A DNA stretch of 64,000 nt from an uncultured Acidobacteriota bacterium (lineage in GTDB: Bacteria; Actinomycetota; Acidimicrobiia; Spongiisociales; ZC4RG35), in assembly GCA_963724825.1 (NCBI GenBank), contig CAVRWT010000005.1:84403-148402 (forward strand), read 5' to 3'. Shown one piece after another: positions 20,045-33,335 of the stretch (position 1 is its first letter; the number at the start of each line of letters is the position of its first letter). The translations under genes and the position numbers were made by a program. The notes beneath the pieces are model-generated. The model saw only the letters and a list, made by a program, of their open reading frames with translations, searched no databases and was not told where the DNA came from.

Positions 20045-22783
20045 TCACGCCGGGGAGGTCGCGCGGATTCGGGGGTGACGCTTGTCGGGGACCGGCTGGA
20101 TGCGCATCCTGGCGTCCACCACGACGACCCCTTCACCCGGTGGCAGGACCTTCACCGGGTTGAGATCCATCTCCACCAACTCGGGCAGCGCGCTGATCAG
20201 GCCGGACACCCGCAACAGCGCCTTCTCCAATTCCGCCACATCGCCCGGGGCGGTGTTGCGATAACCCTGGAGCAACCGGAATCCCTTGGTGTCTCGAATC
20301 ATTTCGGCGGCATCGACATCGGTCAACGGATGGATTCGGAACGCCACGTCCTGGAGCAGCTCGACATAGACCCCGCCGAGGCCGAAGCCGACTAGTGGGC
20401 CGAAGTTGGGGTCCTGGGTCATCCCGATCAGGACCTCATGGCCACCACCGACGAATTCCTGGACCAGCACACCGTCGGCGTCGAACACCACCCCGGTCAC
20501 GGTGTCATACGCCTCCCGAACTTCAGCGTCCCCTTCTACACCGAGGACCACCCCGCCGACATCGGACTTGTGAAGAGCCGTTTCCGAGATCACTTTGATC
20601 ACCACCGGACCACCGATCGCCGCGGCGGAAGCTGTGGCGTCGTCAGCTGAATGGGCCACTGCCGACCTGGGAACTCTGAGACCGGCGGCGGTCAGCACCG
20701 CGTCCACCTGCTCTGGCTCCATCCAGGCACCGGTGGCAGAAACGCCGACCAACGCTTCGTCGATGATCGCCCGGATCGCATCCTCAGCCTCCGGCTCGAG
20801 GCGGGCCTCCAGACCCGGATCGCGGAGACGCCACACCCCATGCGCCACCGCCCGAGCCAGGGCCAAAGCCGCTGCCTCGGGGAAGGTGTAGGTGGGGATG
20901 GCCCGCCGGCCCTCCCCGCCGGCGAGATACCGGGCGGTGTCACCAGTGTGCATGAAGACCGACAACATGGCGACCTCGCCGTCATAGCGCTCCTGGCAAC
21001 CGCTGAGGGCGACAGCCACCTCCTGGGCGCCCTCCGAGGAGGTGGGCACGTAGATCACCATCACCGAGTCCACCTCCCCCGATTCGAGGAGCAAAGTGAC
21101 CGCATGGGTGAATTCGGCCGGCCCTCCGGAGGCAATCAGATCGACCGGGTTCCGCGTCGAAGCCTCCTCTGGGAGGCGGGTCCCGATTTCGGCGCGCAGC
21201 TCGGGGGAGAGCTCGGGAAGGATCAGCCCGTTCGCCTCGAGGGCGTCGGCGGCCAAGATCCCGGGGCCCCCAGCATTGGTAACGATCCCGACCCGGTTTC
21301 CCTTGGGGATCGGCTGATTGGCGAGGAGATTGGCGGCGGAGAACAACTCCTCGATGGTGTCGACCCGGATCACCCCGGCCTGGCGGAACAGCGCCTGCAC
21401 CGCCACATCGGACGATGCCAGCGCCCCGGTGTGCGACGAGGCGGCCCGGCTCCCGGCCGAGCTCCTCCCCGACTTGACGGCGATGATCGGCTTGCGACGG
21501 CCGATGCGGCGGGCGATCCGGGAAAACCGCTTGGGGTTGCCGAACGACTCCAGATACAGGGTGATGACGTCGGTCTGGGGGTCGTCCTCCCAGGCCAGGA
21601 TCAGGTCGTTGCCGCTGACATCGGCCTTGTTGCCCACCGAGACGAAGTGGGAGATGCCGATGTTGCTCTTCGTGGCGTAGTCGAGGATGGCGATCCCCAA
21701 CGCACCCGACTGGCTGGACATGGCCACGTTGCCGGCCGGCGGGTATACCGGGGCGAAGGTGCCGTTGAGCTGCACAGATGACGCAGTGTTGAGCAGGCCC
21801 ATGCAGTTCGGCCCCACCATCCGCATTCCTGAGTTGCGAACGATTTCGAGCAGCTCATGCTCGAGGATGGCGCCTTCGGGGCCTACCTCGGAGAAACCTG
21901 CGGAGATGACGACGATCCCCCTCACCCCGGCCTCGGCGCACTGACGGGCAACATCGATCACGAATCGCTGCGGGACCACGATGAAGGCGAGATCGACTTC
22001 GTCGGGAACGTCCAGGATCGTGGGGTAGGCGTGAACCGAGTTGATGACCTTGGCCTTGGGGTTGACCGGATAGAGCGGGCCGGTGAACCCGGTGGACAGG
22101 ATGTTGTGGAACAACTTGCCCCCGATCGAGGATGGGTCACTCGAGGCGCCGATCACGGCGACCGACCTCGGGACGAAGAGGGGCAACAACGAGGCGGCCA
22201 CGGCACGCTTCTCGCGTTCCGCCTCGGCCTCGAGGAGGCCCTCGCTCTCTGCGACCGGGAAGTCCACTGTGAACACCCCGTCGTCGATGGTTCGGTTCAT
22301 CTCATACCCGGAGTTGCGAAACAGGCGCATCATCTGCCGATTCTCGGGAAGGACGTAGGCGTGAAACCTCTCGATGCCATGGGACCGGGCATGGGTGGTC
22401 AGCAGCTGGAGGAGCTGGGTGCCGATGCCCCGGTCCTGATGCTTGTCGGCGACTGCGAAGGCGACTTCTGCCGAGTCGGCGCCATGGTCCTCCCGGTCGT
22501 AGCGGGCGACCGCGATCATTCGCCCTTCAAAGAGGGCGATCAGGGCCATCCGGTCTGAGTAGTCCACCTGGGTGAAGAACTCGACTTCCTTCGGCTCCAG
22601 AGTCTCCTTGATCCGGAAGAACCTGAAGTACCGGGATTCGGGGCCGAGAGTCTCGAAGAAGTCACGGATCAACCCGGCGTCTTCGGGCTTGATCGGGCGC
22701 ACCCGCGCCCCGCCGCCGTCGCGCAGCACGATGTCCAGCTCGTATTCGGATGGGTATTCGGCCATCTGCAAGGTCCTCGACAT
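20045..22783 (-). CDS. GNAT acetyltransferase fused to an ADP-forming acetyl/acyl-CoA synthetase-like module (Pat-type protein acetyltransferase candidate)
   Basis: 912 aa. An N-terminal GNAT (HQDRGIGTQLLQLL) is followed by CoA-binding, succinyl-CoA-synthetase-like and ATP-grasp regions. The domain order is GNAT first. Confidence 0.88.
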   Translation of the reverse strand: MSRTLQMAEYPSEYELDIVLRDGGGARVRPIKPEDAGLIRDFFETLGPESRYFRFFRIKETLEPKEVEFFTQVDYSDRMALIALFEGRMIAVARYDREDHGADSAEVAFAVADKHQDRGIGTQLLQLLTTHARSHGIERFHAYVLPENRQMMRLFRNSGYEMNRTIDDGVFTVDFPVAESEGLLEAEAEREKRAVAASLLPLFVPRSVAVIGASSDPSSIGGKLFHNILSTGFTGPLYPVNPKAKVINSVHAYPTILDVPDEVDLAFIVVPQRFVIDVARQCAEAGVRGIVVISAGFSEVGPEGAILEHELLEIVRNSGMRMVGPNCMGLLNTASSVQLNGTFAPVYPPAGNVAMSSQSGALGIAILDYATKSNIGISHFVSVGNKADVSGNDLILAWEDDPQTDVITLYLESFGNPKRFSRIARRIGRRKPIIAVKSGRSSAGSRAASSHTGALASSDVAVQALFRQAGVIRVDTIEELFSAANLLANQPIPKGNRVGIVTNAGGPGILAADALEANGLILPELSPELRAEIGTRLPEEASTRNPVDLIASGGPAEFTHAVTLLLESGEVDSVMVIYVPTSSEGAQEVAVALSGCQERYDGEVAMLSVFMHTGDTARYLAGGEGRRAIPTYTFPEAAALALARAVAHGVWRLRDPGLEARLEPEAEDAIRAIIDEALVGVSATGAWMEPEQVDAVLTAAGLRVPRSAVAHSADDATASAAAIGGPVVIKVISETALHKSDVGGVVLGVEGDAEVREAYDTVTGVVFDADGVLVQEFVGGGHEVLIGMTQDPNFGPLVGFGLGGVYVELLQDVAFRIHPLTDVDAAEMIRDTKGFRLLQGYRNTAPGDVAELEKALLRVSGLISALPELVEMDLNPVKVLPPGEGVVVVDARMRIQPVPDKRHPRIRATSPA

Positions 22784-22916
22784 GACGCTAACCGAGTCGC
22801 CAGGGCCGATTCACGTCCCGCTTCTCGACACCCCGTCGGATTACACTTTGGTCACGGGGTTGAATCTGTGTGTGGGAAGGTGGTGCATCTTGGAGAAAGA
22901 TCCGGCCTCGTTCATC

Positions 22917-22971
22917 GTGGGGCCCGGGCCCGGTTCCTCTCCCCTCCCCCACCCACCGGCCCGGGTCCCAC
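22917..22971 (+). other. GC-rich hairpin with a pyrimidine/C-rich 22-nt loop in a divergent intergenic region
   Basis: Arms GTGGGGCCCGGGCCCGG (22917-22933) and CCGGCCCGGGTCCCAC (22956-22971) pair, apart from one G-T pair and one bulge. The loop is TTCCTCTCCCCTCCCCCACCCA. Confidence 0.35.
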
Positions 22972-23014
22972 GACCTTTCTGACCGACCGAAAGTAGAATT
23001 GGCCGCGATCCGAC

Positions 23015-23296
23015 ATGGACCGCCTCAATGTCCTTCTCTCGATTCGCTGGATTGCGACTGTGCTCGCAGTCCTGCTCATCATCCATCTGATCGCGGTGTG
23101 GATGGAGCGAAGAGGCTGGATCTATTACCGAAAAACCGGTCGCCGCAGTTACGGGGTCGCAGTTTCCAACGCCATGGCCGAATTCGACGCGGTGCTCAAC
23201 CCGGCTTCGGAGCATCGGGTGATCGAGGAGCGCCACCAGGACGCCATGAGGTACGTGATCGATATTTCGGACGTCGAGAACGACCTCGTCGACTGA
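23015..23296 (+). CDS. Hypothetical small membrane protein (possibly DUF6191-like)
   Basis: 93 aa with one TM helix (WIATVLAVLLIIHLIAVW) followed by a charged tail. The family guess is weak. Confidence 0.5.
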   Translation: MDRLNVLLSIRWIATVLAVLLIIHLIAVWMERRGWIYYRKTGRRSYGVAVSNAMAEFDAVLNPASEHRVIEERHQDAMRYVIDISDVENDLVD

Positions 23297-23312
23297 CGAC
23301 TCCGACTGACCG

Positions 23313-23397
23313 GTGCCCGGGGTGGGATTTGAACCCACACGAGCCGATTCGGCTCAAGGGGGTTTAAGCCCCTCGCGTCTGCATTCCGCCACCCGGG
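23313..23397 (-). tRNA. tRNA-Leu (anticodon UAA)
   Basis: Reverse complement is GCCCGGGTGGCGGAATGCAGACGCGAGGGGCTTAAACCCCCTTGAGCCGAATCGGCTCGTGTGGGTTCAAATCCCACCCCGGGCA. It has a 7-bp acceptor stem, anticodon loop CTTAAAC, a long variable arm and T-loop TTCAAAT. Confidence 0.85.
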
Positions 23398-23410
23398 CTC
23401 GGGCAATGGT

Positions 23411-24281
23411 TCAGGGTAAAGCCAACAGGGCCATGGCGACACCATCGAGGGTGTCACGCTCAGAGACCAGGGCGTGGTCGGCGCCGAGGGCATCCATGAC
23501 CCCTTCCGCCACCAGAATCCCTCCCAGGATCACAGGGGCCCGCTTCGGGTCGAGACCGGGAAGGTCGGCGGTCTCCTCGACGGTGAGCAGACCCATGATG
23601 TCGATGATTCGACTCACCTCGACCCTGCTCACCTCGCGATGGTGAACCGACGTCCCGCGCGGGCAGGGCCCGGGCCACCGAGGCCAGGCTGGTCCAGCTC
23701 CCGGCGACTCCGATCAAGGTCCCGAACTCGATCGGAGGCACCTGCGAGAACAACTCCTTGATCAGGGCACGGGCTTCGACGATCTCCTCGCGGGAGGCCG
23801 GGCGATAAGGGACCGCCCGCTCGGTGATCCGAACCGAGCCGATGTCGATGGAAACCCCACTGGTCTCGGTCACGAACTCGGTGCTCCCGCCCCCGATGTC
23901 CGACACCACCACCGGGCCTGGACCGTCGAAGTCTTGGACCGCGCCCTGATATGCGTAGCGGGCCTCCTCCTCACCCGAGATCAGTGTCGGGCGGACGTCG
24001 ATCATCTCCTGGACACGATCGAAGAACGACTCACGGTTGGCGGCATCCCTGGATGCCGAGGTGGCGATCGCTTTGCGGACCGACACCTCGGCCTCGTCCA
24101 TGAGACGCCCATATCGATTCATCACAACCAAGGTCTCGACAATCCGCGACTCGGAGAGGACTCCAGTGCTGTCCACCCCGGTGCCCAGGCCGGTGACCGC
24201 CTCGAGGCGCACTTCACGCACACCACCGGTGATCAACAGTCGAATCGAGTTGGTTCCGATGTCGACCACACCAACGTTCAT
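23411..24281 (-). pseudogene. ppx: Ppx/GppA family phosphatase (exopolyphosphatase), frameshifted
   Basis: MNVGVVDIGTNSIRLLI...SDIGGGSTEF...GVAGSWTSLASVARALPARDV is in one frame. VHHREVSRVEVSRIIDIMGLLTVEE... (ORF 23411..23632) is in another. Junction around 23641-23654. Confidence 0.85.
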
Positions 24282-24792
24282 GGCAGGGCAGCCCACTCTG
24301 GATTCATCGCACCGTCGACCACGCACGGGACCTGGCAATCGAGGGGCTCGACCCAGGAGGCGACCAACTCGCCGACAGGGTTGGATCCGCCCGATCGGGT
24401 GTGGGCATAGTGCGCATGCAGGCATTTCACCCCGACTGAGCTGCCTCCCACCCCGCCACTCGGAACCGGGGACGCCCCTTCCGGGACCATGCCATCCCGC
24501 TTGGCGGCGTAGGAGGCGTGCGCCTCCTCGAGACGGCGGCCAAATTCGGGGTCAGTCACGGCCTTCTGCTCCATCCGCTTCACACCGCCCGAGCCCTCGA
24601 GACGACCGATCCGGGTGGTCGCCAGCGGGCAGGTCAGCCAATAAAGCGTGGGAAAGGGTGTTCCGTCGTCGAGGATCGGGGGCACTTCGACCACCACGGG
24701 GAGGTCGAGATGACATCGGGATACGGCCTTGGAGTCGGCGCGCAACGGCCGTCCGATCTGGGCCTCGATGACCTTGCGGTCATCCAAACGGT

Positions 24793-24796
<4 letters not shown>
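24278..24796 (-). CDS. DUF501 domain-containing protein
   Basis: 172 aa (GTPFPTLYWLTCP motif). Sits in the conserved position between ftsB and ppx, as in other Actinobacteria. Confidence 0.85.
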
Positions 24797-27950
<3,154 letters not shown>

Positions 27951-27961
27951 GAGCCGGGCAC

Positions 27962-28891
27962 TCAGTTCGTCGTGGTCGATGTGGTGGCGTCGGCGGGCGG
28001 GATGACCTCAGGCGTCGGCTCGGACTGCCAGGTCCCGAACTTCTCATTCACCTCGACCTCGGCTGCACCGGCCGTGTCGAGAAACCAGGTCTGAGAAGCC
28101 AGCTGGGCTGCCTGATCCTTGAGGCTCGCGATCGCCTGCTCCTCGGTGGGGAGCTCGTCCTCACGAAGCAGGATCACATGGAACCCGAATTCAGTTTCGA
28201 CCGGCTCGGTCGGAACCCCAACCTCGGCGGACTGCATGGCCTCGGCAAACTCGGGGACGTATTGGGCCGGGTCGGCGCAGCCGAGGTCTCCGCCGGAATC
28301 CGCACTCCCGTCGGTCGAGACCTCTTGCGCCACTGTGGCGAAGTCCTCGCCGGCGGCGAGCCTGTCCTCCACGTCCTGGGCCTCGGCTTCGGTTGCCACC
28401 AGGATGTGCGAGCCGCAGACCATCAACGAGGCCTCCTCGAAGAAGGCATCGATCTCCTCTTGGGTCGGCTCGGTGACCTCGCCTTGCATCTGTTCGAGGA
28501 TGGCTCTCTCGATCAGAGACTGATGGGCAACCTGGAGGAGAAGCTGCTCGGTCACCTCGTTTACAGCGAGAAACTCTTCCCTGGTCTGACCCTGCTGCAA
28601 TTCGGCGGTGACGATGTCGTCGGCTTCGGCCGCGATCTCGTCTTCGGTGAATGTGATGTCGAAATCGGCCTCGGCGCCACGAGTGAAGATGTCGAGGACG
28701 ATGTTGAAGGAGAGGAAGTTGGCAAATTCGTCCTTGGCCATCTCTTCGTCCTTGGGTTTGTCGACCAATGCCTCGACGTCACCGACGGTGATGTCGCTGC
28801 CATCGACCGTTGCTGCGACTTCGTTGCTGCCGGCGCCGCAAGCACCCAAGACGAGGGCGCACAAGACCAGCAGGGATGAGAGTTTCTTCAA
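27962..28891 (-). CDS. Peptidylprolyl isomerase (parvulin/PrsA-like) lipoprotein
   Basis: 309 aa. Lipobox LVLGAC. Parvulin core SHILV...DFATVAQEVSTDGSADSGGDLG...FGFHVILLRE. Confidence 0.8.
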   Translation of the reverse strand: MKKLSSLLVLCALVLGACGAGSNEVAATVDGSDITVGDVEALVDKPKDEEMAKDEFANFLSFNIVLDIFTRGAEADFDITFTEDEIAAEADDIVTAELQQGQTREEFLAVNEVTEQLLLQVAHQSLIERAILEQMQGEVTEPTQEEIDAFFEEASLMVCGSHILVATEAEAQDVEDRLAAGEDFATVAQEVSTDGSADSGGDLGCADPAQYVPEFAEAMQSAEVGVPTEPVETEFGFHVILLREDELPTEEQAIASLKDQAAQLASQTWFLDTAGAAEVEVNEKFGTWQSEPTPEVIPPADATTSTTTN

Positions 28892-31800
28892 GAGAGGGTC
28901 CTTTGAGGAGAGATGGGAAAGAGTTCGGGGAATGGTAGAGGTTTCACACCCCTAGAGACATCCGGCGATCCGGCGCTCAGCCTTCCTCCGGCCACATCTC
29001 GGCAATGAATCGAGACAGGCCGGGCACGAGGGGAGCCGGGCGCCGGGATGAAGACCAGGCCCTCGGTGGCTCGGAGGACGGCGCGGGGCTGGAGGCGCTT
29101 GAGGCGAACCTCCTGGGAGGGCTTCAGATCCACTGGTCCCATCCTGATCTCGTGGCGAAGCTTGACCATCTCCTCGAGCCCGACCCTCAATGCGTCGACA
29201 CGCAGCCGGGCCAGATCAACCAGCGCCAACGCGGCGGTCGGGAGCGGGCCGAAGCGGTCCTCCCACTCCGCCGCGACGTCATCGACCTCGGCATGGCTCG
29301 AAGTGCCGGCAAGCCGCCTGTAGGCCTCGAGGCGCAACTCCTGTTCGGGGATGTAGGTCTCGGGAAGATGGGCATCGACGGGGAGATCGATCCGGATCTC
29401 GGACGGGGGCTCCTCGACGATGGCCCGGCCCTCCAACTCGGAGACCGCGTCGGCCACCAATTCGGCGTACAGCTCGAAACCGACGGCTGCGATGTGCCCG
29501 CTCTGGACTTCGCCGAGGATCGACCCGGCTCCCCTGATCTCGAGGTCCCGCAAGGCGAGCTGGAATCCTGAGCCGAGGTCGGTGGCCTCGCCGATCGCCT
29601 CCAGGCGGCGGTGTGCCTCCTCGGTGAGGCTGCGGTCCCGGGGGTGGAGCAGATAGGCATAGGCCCGTTGGCTGGAGCGGCCGACCCGGCCCCGAAGCTG
29701 GTAGAGCTGGGCAAGGCCCAGCAGGTCGGCCCGCTCCACGATCAGGGTGTTCACCTGGGGCAGGTCGAGGCCCGACTCGATGATGGTGGTCGCCACCATC
29801 ACGTCGTACTCCCGATTCCAGAAGTCGATCATCACCTGCTCGAGTTGCCCTTCCGACATCTGGCCGTGGGCCACCACGTAGCGGGCGTCGGGAACCAAGC
29901 CCTTGAGCTGGGCAACGGCCCTGTCGATCGACTGCACCCGGTTGTGGACGTAGAACACTTGCCCCTCCCGGAGCAGCTCGCGGCGAATCGCCGCCGACAC
30001 CGCCTGATCGTCCGAGGGCCCGACGTAGGTCAGAATCGGATGACGGTCTTCGGGAGCGGTCCGGATGTGGGAAACGTCCCTGATCCCGGTGAGCGCCATC
30101 TCCAGCGTGCGCGGGATCGGAGTCGCGGTGAGAGTGAGCACATCCACACCGAGCTTCAGCTCCTTCAAGGAGTCCTTGGCGGTGACCCCGAAGCGCTGCT
30201 CCTCGTCGATGACCAGAAGGCCGAGCTCCTTGAACTTGATGTCCTCGGAGAGCAGGCGGTGGGTGCCGATCACCACGTCGACCTCCCCCGTGGCCAGCGC
30301 AGCAACCACACGGTCCTGCTGCTTGGGTGTCAGGAATCGGGAAAGCGCCTCGACCCGCACCGGGTAGGGGGCGAACCGATCGGAGAAGGTCTGGTGATGC
30401 TGTTGCACCAGAAGCGTGGTCGGACAGAGGACCGCGACCTGCTTCCCGGACTGCACTGCCTTGAAGGCGGCCCGGATCGCGACCTCGGTCTTCCCGAACC
30501 CGACATCGCCAAAGACCAGGCGGTCCATCGGCCGTTCGCTCTGCATGTCGGACTTCACCTCGACGATGGCACGGAGCTGATCCGGGGTCTCTTCGAAGGG
30601 GAAGGCGCCCTCCATCTCCCTCTGCCATGGCGAATCCGGCTCGTAGGCATGGCCAACTGCCGCGGCGCGCAGCCGATGCAGCTCTACTACTCGCTGCGCA
30701 ACCGCGGCGACGGCCTTGCGAACCCTCGCCTTCTGCTCCGACCAGTCCTTGCCACCCATTCGCGACACCCGGGGAGCCTCCCCGCCGGTGTATCGGGTCA
30801 CGGCGGCCAGTTGGTCCACCGGCACATAGAGGCGGTCGGCTCCGGCGTAGGCGATGATCAGGTAGTCCCGCTCCACACCCACCATCGTCCGCGAGACGAG
30901 GCCCTCAAATCTCCCGATCCCGTGCTGATGGTGGACCACGTAGTCACCCTCGGCCAGGTCGCGGTACTGATGGGCGAGAGAGGCCCGGCTGCGGCTGGTC
31001 CGCCGATGGGCCCTCCGGCGCCCGGCGATCTCTTGTTCCCCCAGCACCGCCACCCCGAGGCCCGGAGCCACGAATCCGCGATGAATCCCCACCGGGACGA
31101 TGGCGGGCCTCGGATTCACCAGGGTGTCGAGCCGGTCGATGGCCAACCCGTTCTCGGCGAGGGCCCTTGCCACCCGGTCAGCGGCCGCTGCCCCGTCCAT
31201 CGCCACCACGGTCGTCATCCCGCGCTCGAGGAGTCGCGCCAATCCCCTGCTCACCGCCTCCGGGTCACCGGGAGTTGCGTCGAGGCCCCGGATCTCCACC
31301 ACCGGGTCAGCAGGGCCGGTCGGCGCCGACGGGACGCTGAGATGGGTGCGGGCCGCGAGTCGCGGTTCGAGATCGAGAAACAATTCAGGATGGGCGCCAG
31401 CCGGTGGCGCCTGCTCGCCCCAGGTCGGAGCGAGGGCCGCTGCCATCTCTGACTCCTCTTTGATCAGCTCCCGCGCCCTGTCCAGCGCCCGAGCAGGCTC
31501 GACGACGACAAGCCGGACCTCGGGTGGGGCGGCCTCGATGAGCGAGACAGGGTCGGCCAGCCAGGGCAGCCAAGACTCGATCCCCGGGAACAGTTGCTCC
31601 TGGGCGATTCGATCCCAGGTGGACGCGGCCCACGGCTCGGTCCCCACCAACGCGGCAGCCCGGTCAAGCACCTGTGGCCCGGGCCGAACCTCCCGGGCGG
31701 GAAAAGCGACGAGCTGATCGACGACGTGCTCCGAGCGCTGGGTGGCGACCGAGATGGCCCGGATGTCCTCGACAGTGTCGCCGTAGAAGTCGAGCCGCAC

Positions 31801-32340
31801 CGGCTCTTCGCTCTGGGCGGGGAATACGTCGACAATCCCGCCCCGAACCGCAAACTCGCCGCGTGCCTCGACCCGATCGGTTCGGGAGTACCCGAGATCG
31901 GCGAGCCCATGGACCAGGTCCTCGAGTGCCATCTCGTCGCCGCGGGACAGGGCCAGGGGCTCAGGGCTGGACGGGCTGAGTCGTTGAATGACACTGCGGA
32001 CGCTGGCCACCACCACGGCCGGGCCGCCGCCACGACCGAGGCGATGCCGGGCCAGGGCTCGACGGGCCATGGTGGCGATATTGGGAGAGACATGCTCGAA
32101 GGGGAGGGTCTCCCAAGCCGGAGCGAGAGTCACATCGTCGAGAAACAGTGCCAGATCGTCGGCCAGCTCTTCGGCATCGCGCTCACCGGGCACCACGACC
32201 AACAACATGTCTCCAAGTTGCTCGGCCAAACCGGCGATGGCGAAGGCCCGCCCTCCGGCGGACACCGCCCAGGAGCCCGAGAGGTCGGGAAGGGACGCGG
32301 ACCGCCAGGCGGAGAGAAGTGGTGCGAGCGGGGCTGGCAT
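28888..32340 (-). CDS. mfd: Transcription-repair coupling factor
   Basis: 1150 aa. Has a CarD-like region, DEAD/DEAH helicase motifs (GDVGFGKTEVA, DEEQRFG) and a TRG region. The last 45 or so residues look out-of-frame; an alternative frame ends ...APLVPGLSRFIAEMWPEEG with its stop at 28977-28979. Confidence 0.93.
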   Translation of the reverse strand: MPAPLAPLLSAWRSASLPDLSGSWAVSAGGRAFAIAGLAEQLGDMLLVVVPGERDAEELADDLALFLDDVTLAPAWETLPFEHVSPNIATMARRALARHRLGRGGGPAVVVASVRSVIQRLSPSSPEPLALSRGDEMALEDLVHGLADLGYSRTDRVEARGEFAVRGGIVDVFPAQSEEPVRLDFYGDTVEDIRAISVATQRSEHVVDQLVAFPAREVRPGPQVLDRAAALVGTEPWAASTWDRIAQEQLFPGIESWLPWLADPVSLIEAAPPEVRLVVVEPARALDRARELIKEESEMAAALAPTWGEQAPPAGAHPELFLDLEPRLAARTHLSVPSAPTGPADPVVEIRGLDATPGDPEAVSRGLARLLERGMTTVVAMDGAAAADRVARALAENGLAIDRLDTLVNPRPAIVPVGIHRGFVAPGLGVAVLGEQEIAGRRRAHRRTSRSRASLAHQYRDLAEGDYVVHHQHGIGRFEGLVSRTMVGVERDYLIIAYAGADRLYVPVDQLAAVTRYTGGEAPRVSRMGGKDWSEQKARVRKAVAAVAQRVVELHRLRAAAVGHAYEPDSPWQREMEGAFPFEETPDQLRAIVEVKSDMQSERPMDRLVFGDVGFGKTEVAIRAAFKAVQSGKQVAVLCPTTLLVQQHHQTFSDRFAPYPVRVEALSRFLTPKQQDRVVAALATGEVDVVIGTHRLLSEDIKFKELGLLVIDEEQRFGVTAKDSLKELKLGVDVLTLTATPIPRTLEMALTGIRDVSHIRTAPEDRHPILTYVGPSDDQAVSAAIRRELLREGQVFYVHNRVQSIDRAVAQLKGLVPDARYVVAHGQMSEGQLEQVMIDFWNREYDVMVATTIIESGLDLPQVNTLIVERADLLGLAQLYQLRGRVGRSSQRAYAYLLHPRDRSLTEEAHRRLEAIGEATDLGSGFQLALRDLEIRGAGSILGEVQSGHIAAVGFELYAELVADAVSELEGRAIVEEPPSEIRIDLPVDAHLPETYIPEQELRLEAYRRLAGTSSHAEVDDVAAEWEDRFGPLPTAALALVDLARLRVDALRVGLEEMVKLRHEIRMGPVDLKPSQEVRLKRLQPRAVLRATEGLVFIPAPGSPRARPVSIHCRDVAGGRLSAGSPDVSRGVKPLPFPELFPISPQRTLS

Positions 32341-32354
32341 CGAGCCGGTCGATG

Positions 32355-33335
32355 CTACCTCTGGGCGGCGAGTAGGCCCTGGGCCCGGAACCAGTCGATG
32401 GTGCGAGCGATGGTCTCTTCGAAGGGTGTGTAGCCGAGCCCCAGATCCCTGGTCGCCTTGGACCCGTCATATCGATGCCCGTGACGCACCACCCTCACCA
32501 TCTCCCGGCACACCGGCGGCCGGCGCCCGGCAATCCTGGCCCCCAGCTCGACCCCGCCGCCGAGGATCGAAGCGACCGGACCGGGAAGGAATCGAGGATT
32601 CAGCGAGATCCCGCTGACCCGGGTCGCTACCGACAGGGCGTCGCCGATGGTGAGGGATGCACCGCTCAGAAGGTAACGATCACCGACTCGACCTTGATCC
32701 GCTGCCAGGAGATGGCCCCGGGCGCAGTCGTCGATGTCCACGATCGAGACCGTCGTGTCGAGGAGGAAGGGGAGCTTCCCGCGAATCACATCGAGTATCA
32801 GCTTGGCGGTGCCGGTCGCTCGCCCCGGGCCCTGGACGGAGCTGGGGTTCACCGAGACGACTTCCAGCCCGGCACTGCCTTCGAGGATCAGCCGTTCGGA
32901 GATGTGCTTGGAGCGCTCGTATCGGGACAGGTAGCTGCCACGGTGCGGGCTCGTTTCGGAGCCGACTGTGCCGTGCTTCTCCCCGATCGCCACAGCAGAC
33001 GAGGTGTGCACCAGGCGTGGAACACCTTCGGCCAGGCAGGCAGCACGAACGTTGGAGGTGCCGACGATGTTGACCCGATCCATGTGCCCCGGGTCGATCG
33101 AGCACATCTCGTTGACCCCGGCCACGTGGAAGACGCGTTCCGTGCCGGAGACCAATGTGATCAGGCTTTGCGGGTCGAGGACATCACCTGGGACTGCCTC
33201 GGCCCCGATCGCGCTGACCTTTTCGGAGGCCGCACCGGTTCGGGCCAGGGCCCGCACCTGATGGCCGGCTTCGACGAGATGCCTGATCACGGCCGTTCCC
33301 ACGACGCCGGAACCGCCGGTGACCGCGACCTTCAA
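32355..33335 (-). CDS. NAD-dependent epimerase/dehydratase (SDR) family protein
   Basis: 326 aa. VAVTGGSGVVGTAV Rossmann motif and YERSKHISE (YxxxK). Confidence 0.85.
   Translation of the reverse strand: MKVAVTGGSGVVGTAVIRHLVEAGHQVRALARTGAASEKVSAIGAEAVPGDVLDPQSLITLVSGTERVFHVAGVNEMCSIDPGHMDRVNIVGTSNVRAACLAEGVPRLVHTSSAVAIGEKHGTVGSETSPHRGSYLSRYERSKHISERLILEGSAGLEVVSVNPSSVQGPGRATGTAKLILDVIRGKLPFLLDTTVSIVDIDDCARGHLLAADQGRVGDRYLLSGASLTIGDALSVATRVSGISLNPRFLPGPVASILGGGVELGARIAGRRPPVCREMVRVVRHGHRYDGSKATRDLGLGYTPFEETIARTIDWFRAQGLLAAQR

Noticed and set aside
22870-23367. 165-aa ORF covering the Pat-upstream intergenic region, the small membrane-protein gene (in another frame) and the tRNA.
   Set aside because: It is a Pro/Arg/Gly-rich translation that reads through a tRNA gene. 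It has no SD and no recognisable motifs.
23297-23410. tRNA-Leu as a possible genomic-island or prophage integration site.
   Set aside because: There is no integrase, excisionase, phage or transposase gene on either side. I saw no direct repeat of the tRNA 3' end. The flanking genes are conserved core genes (the Pat-like gene and ppx).
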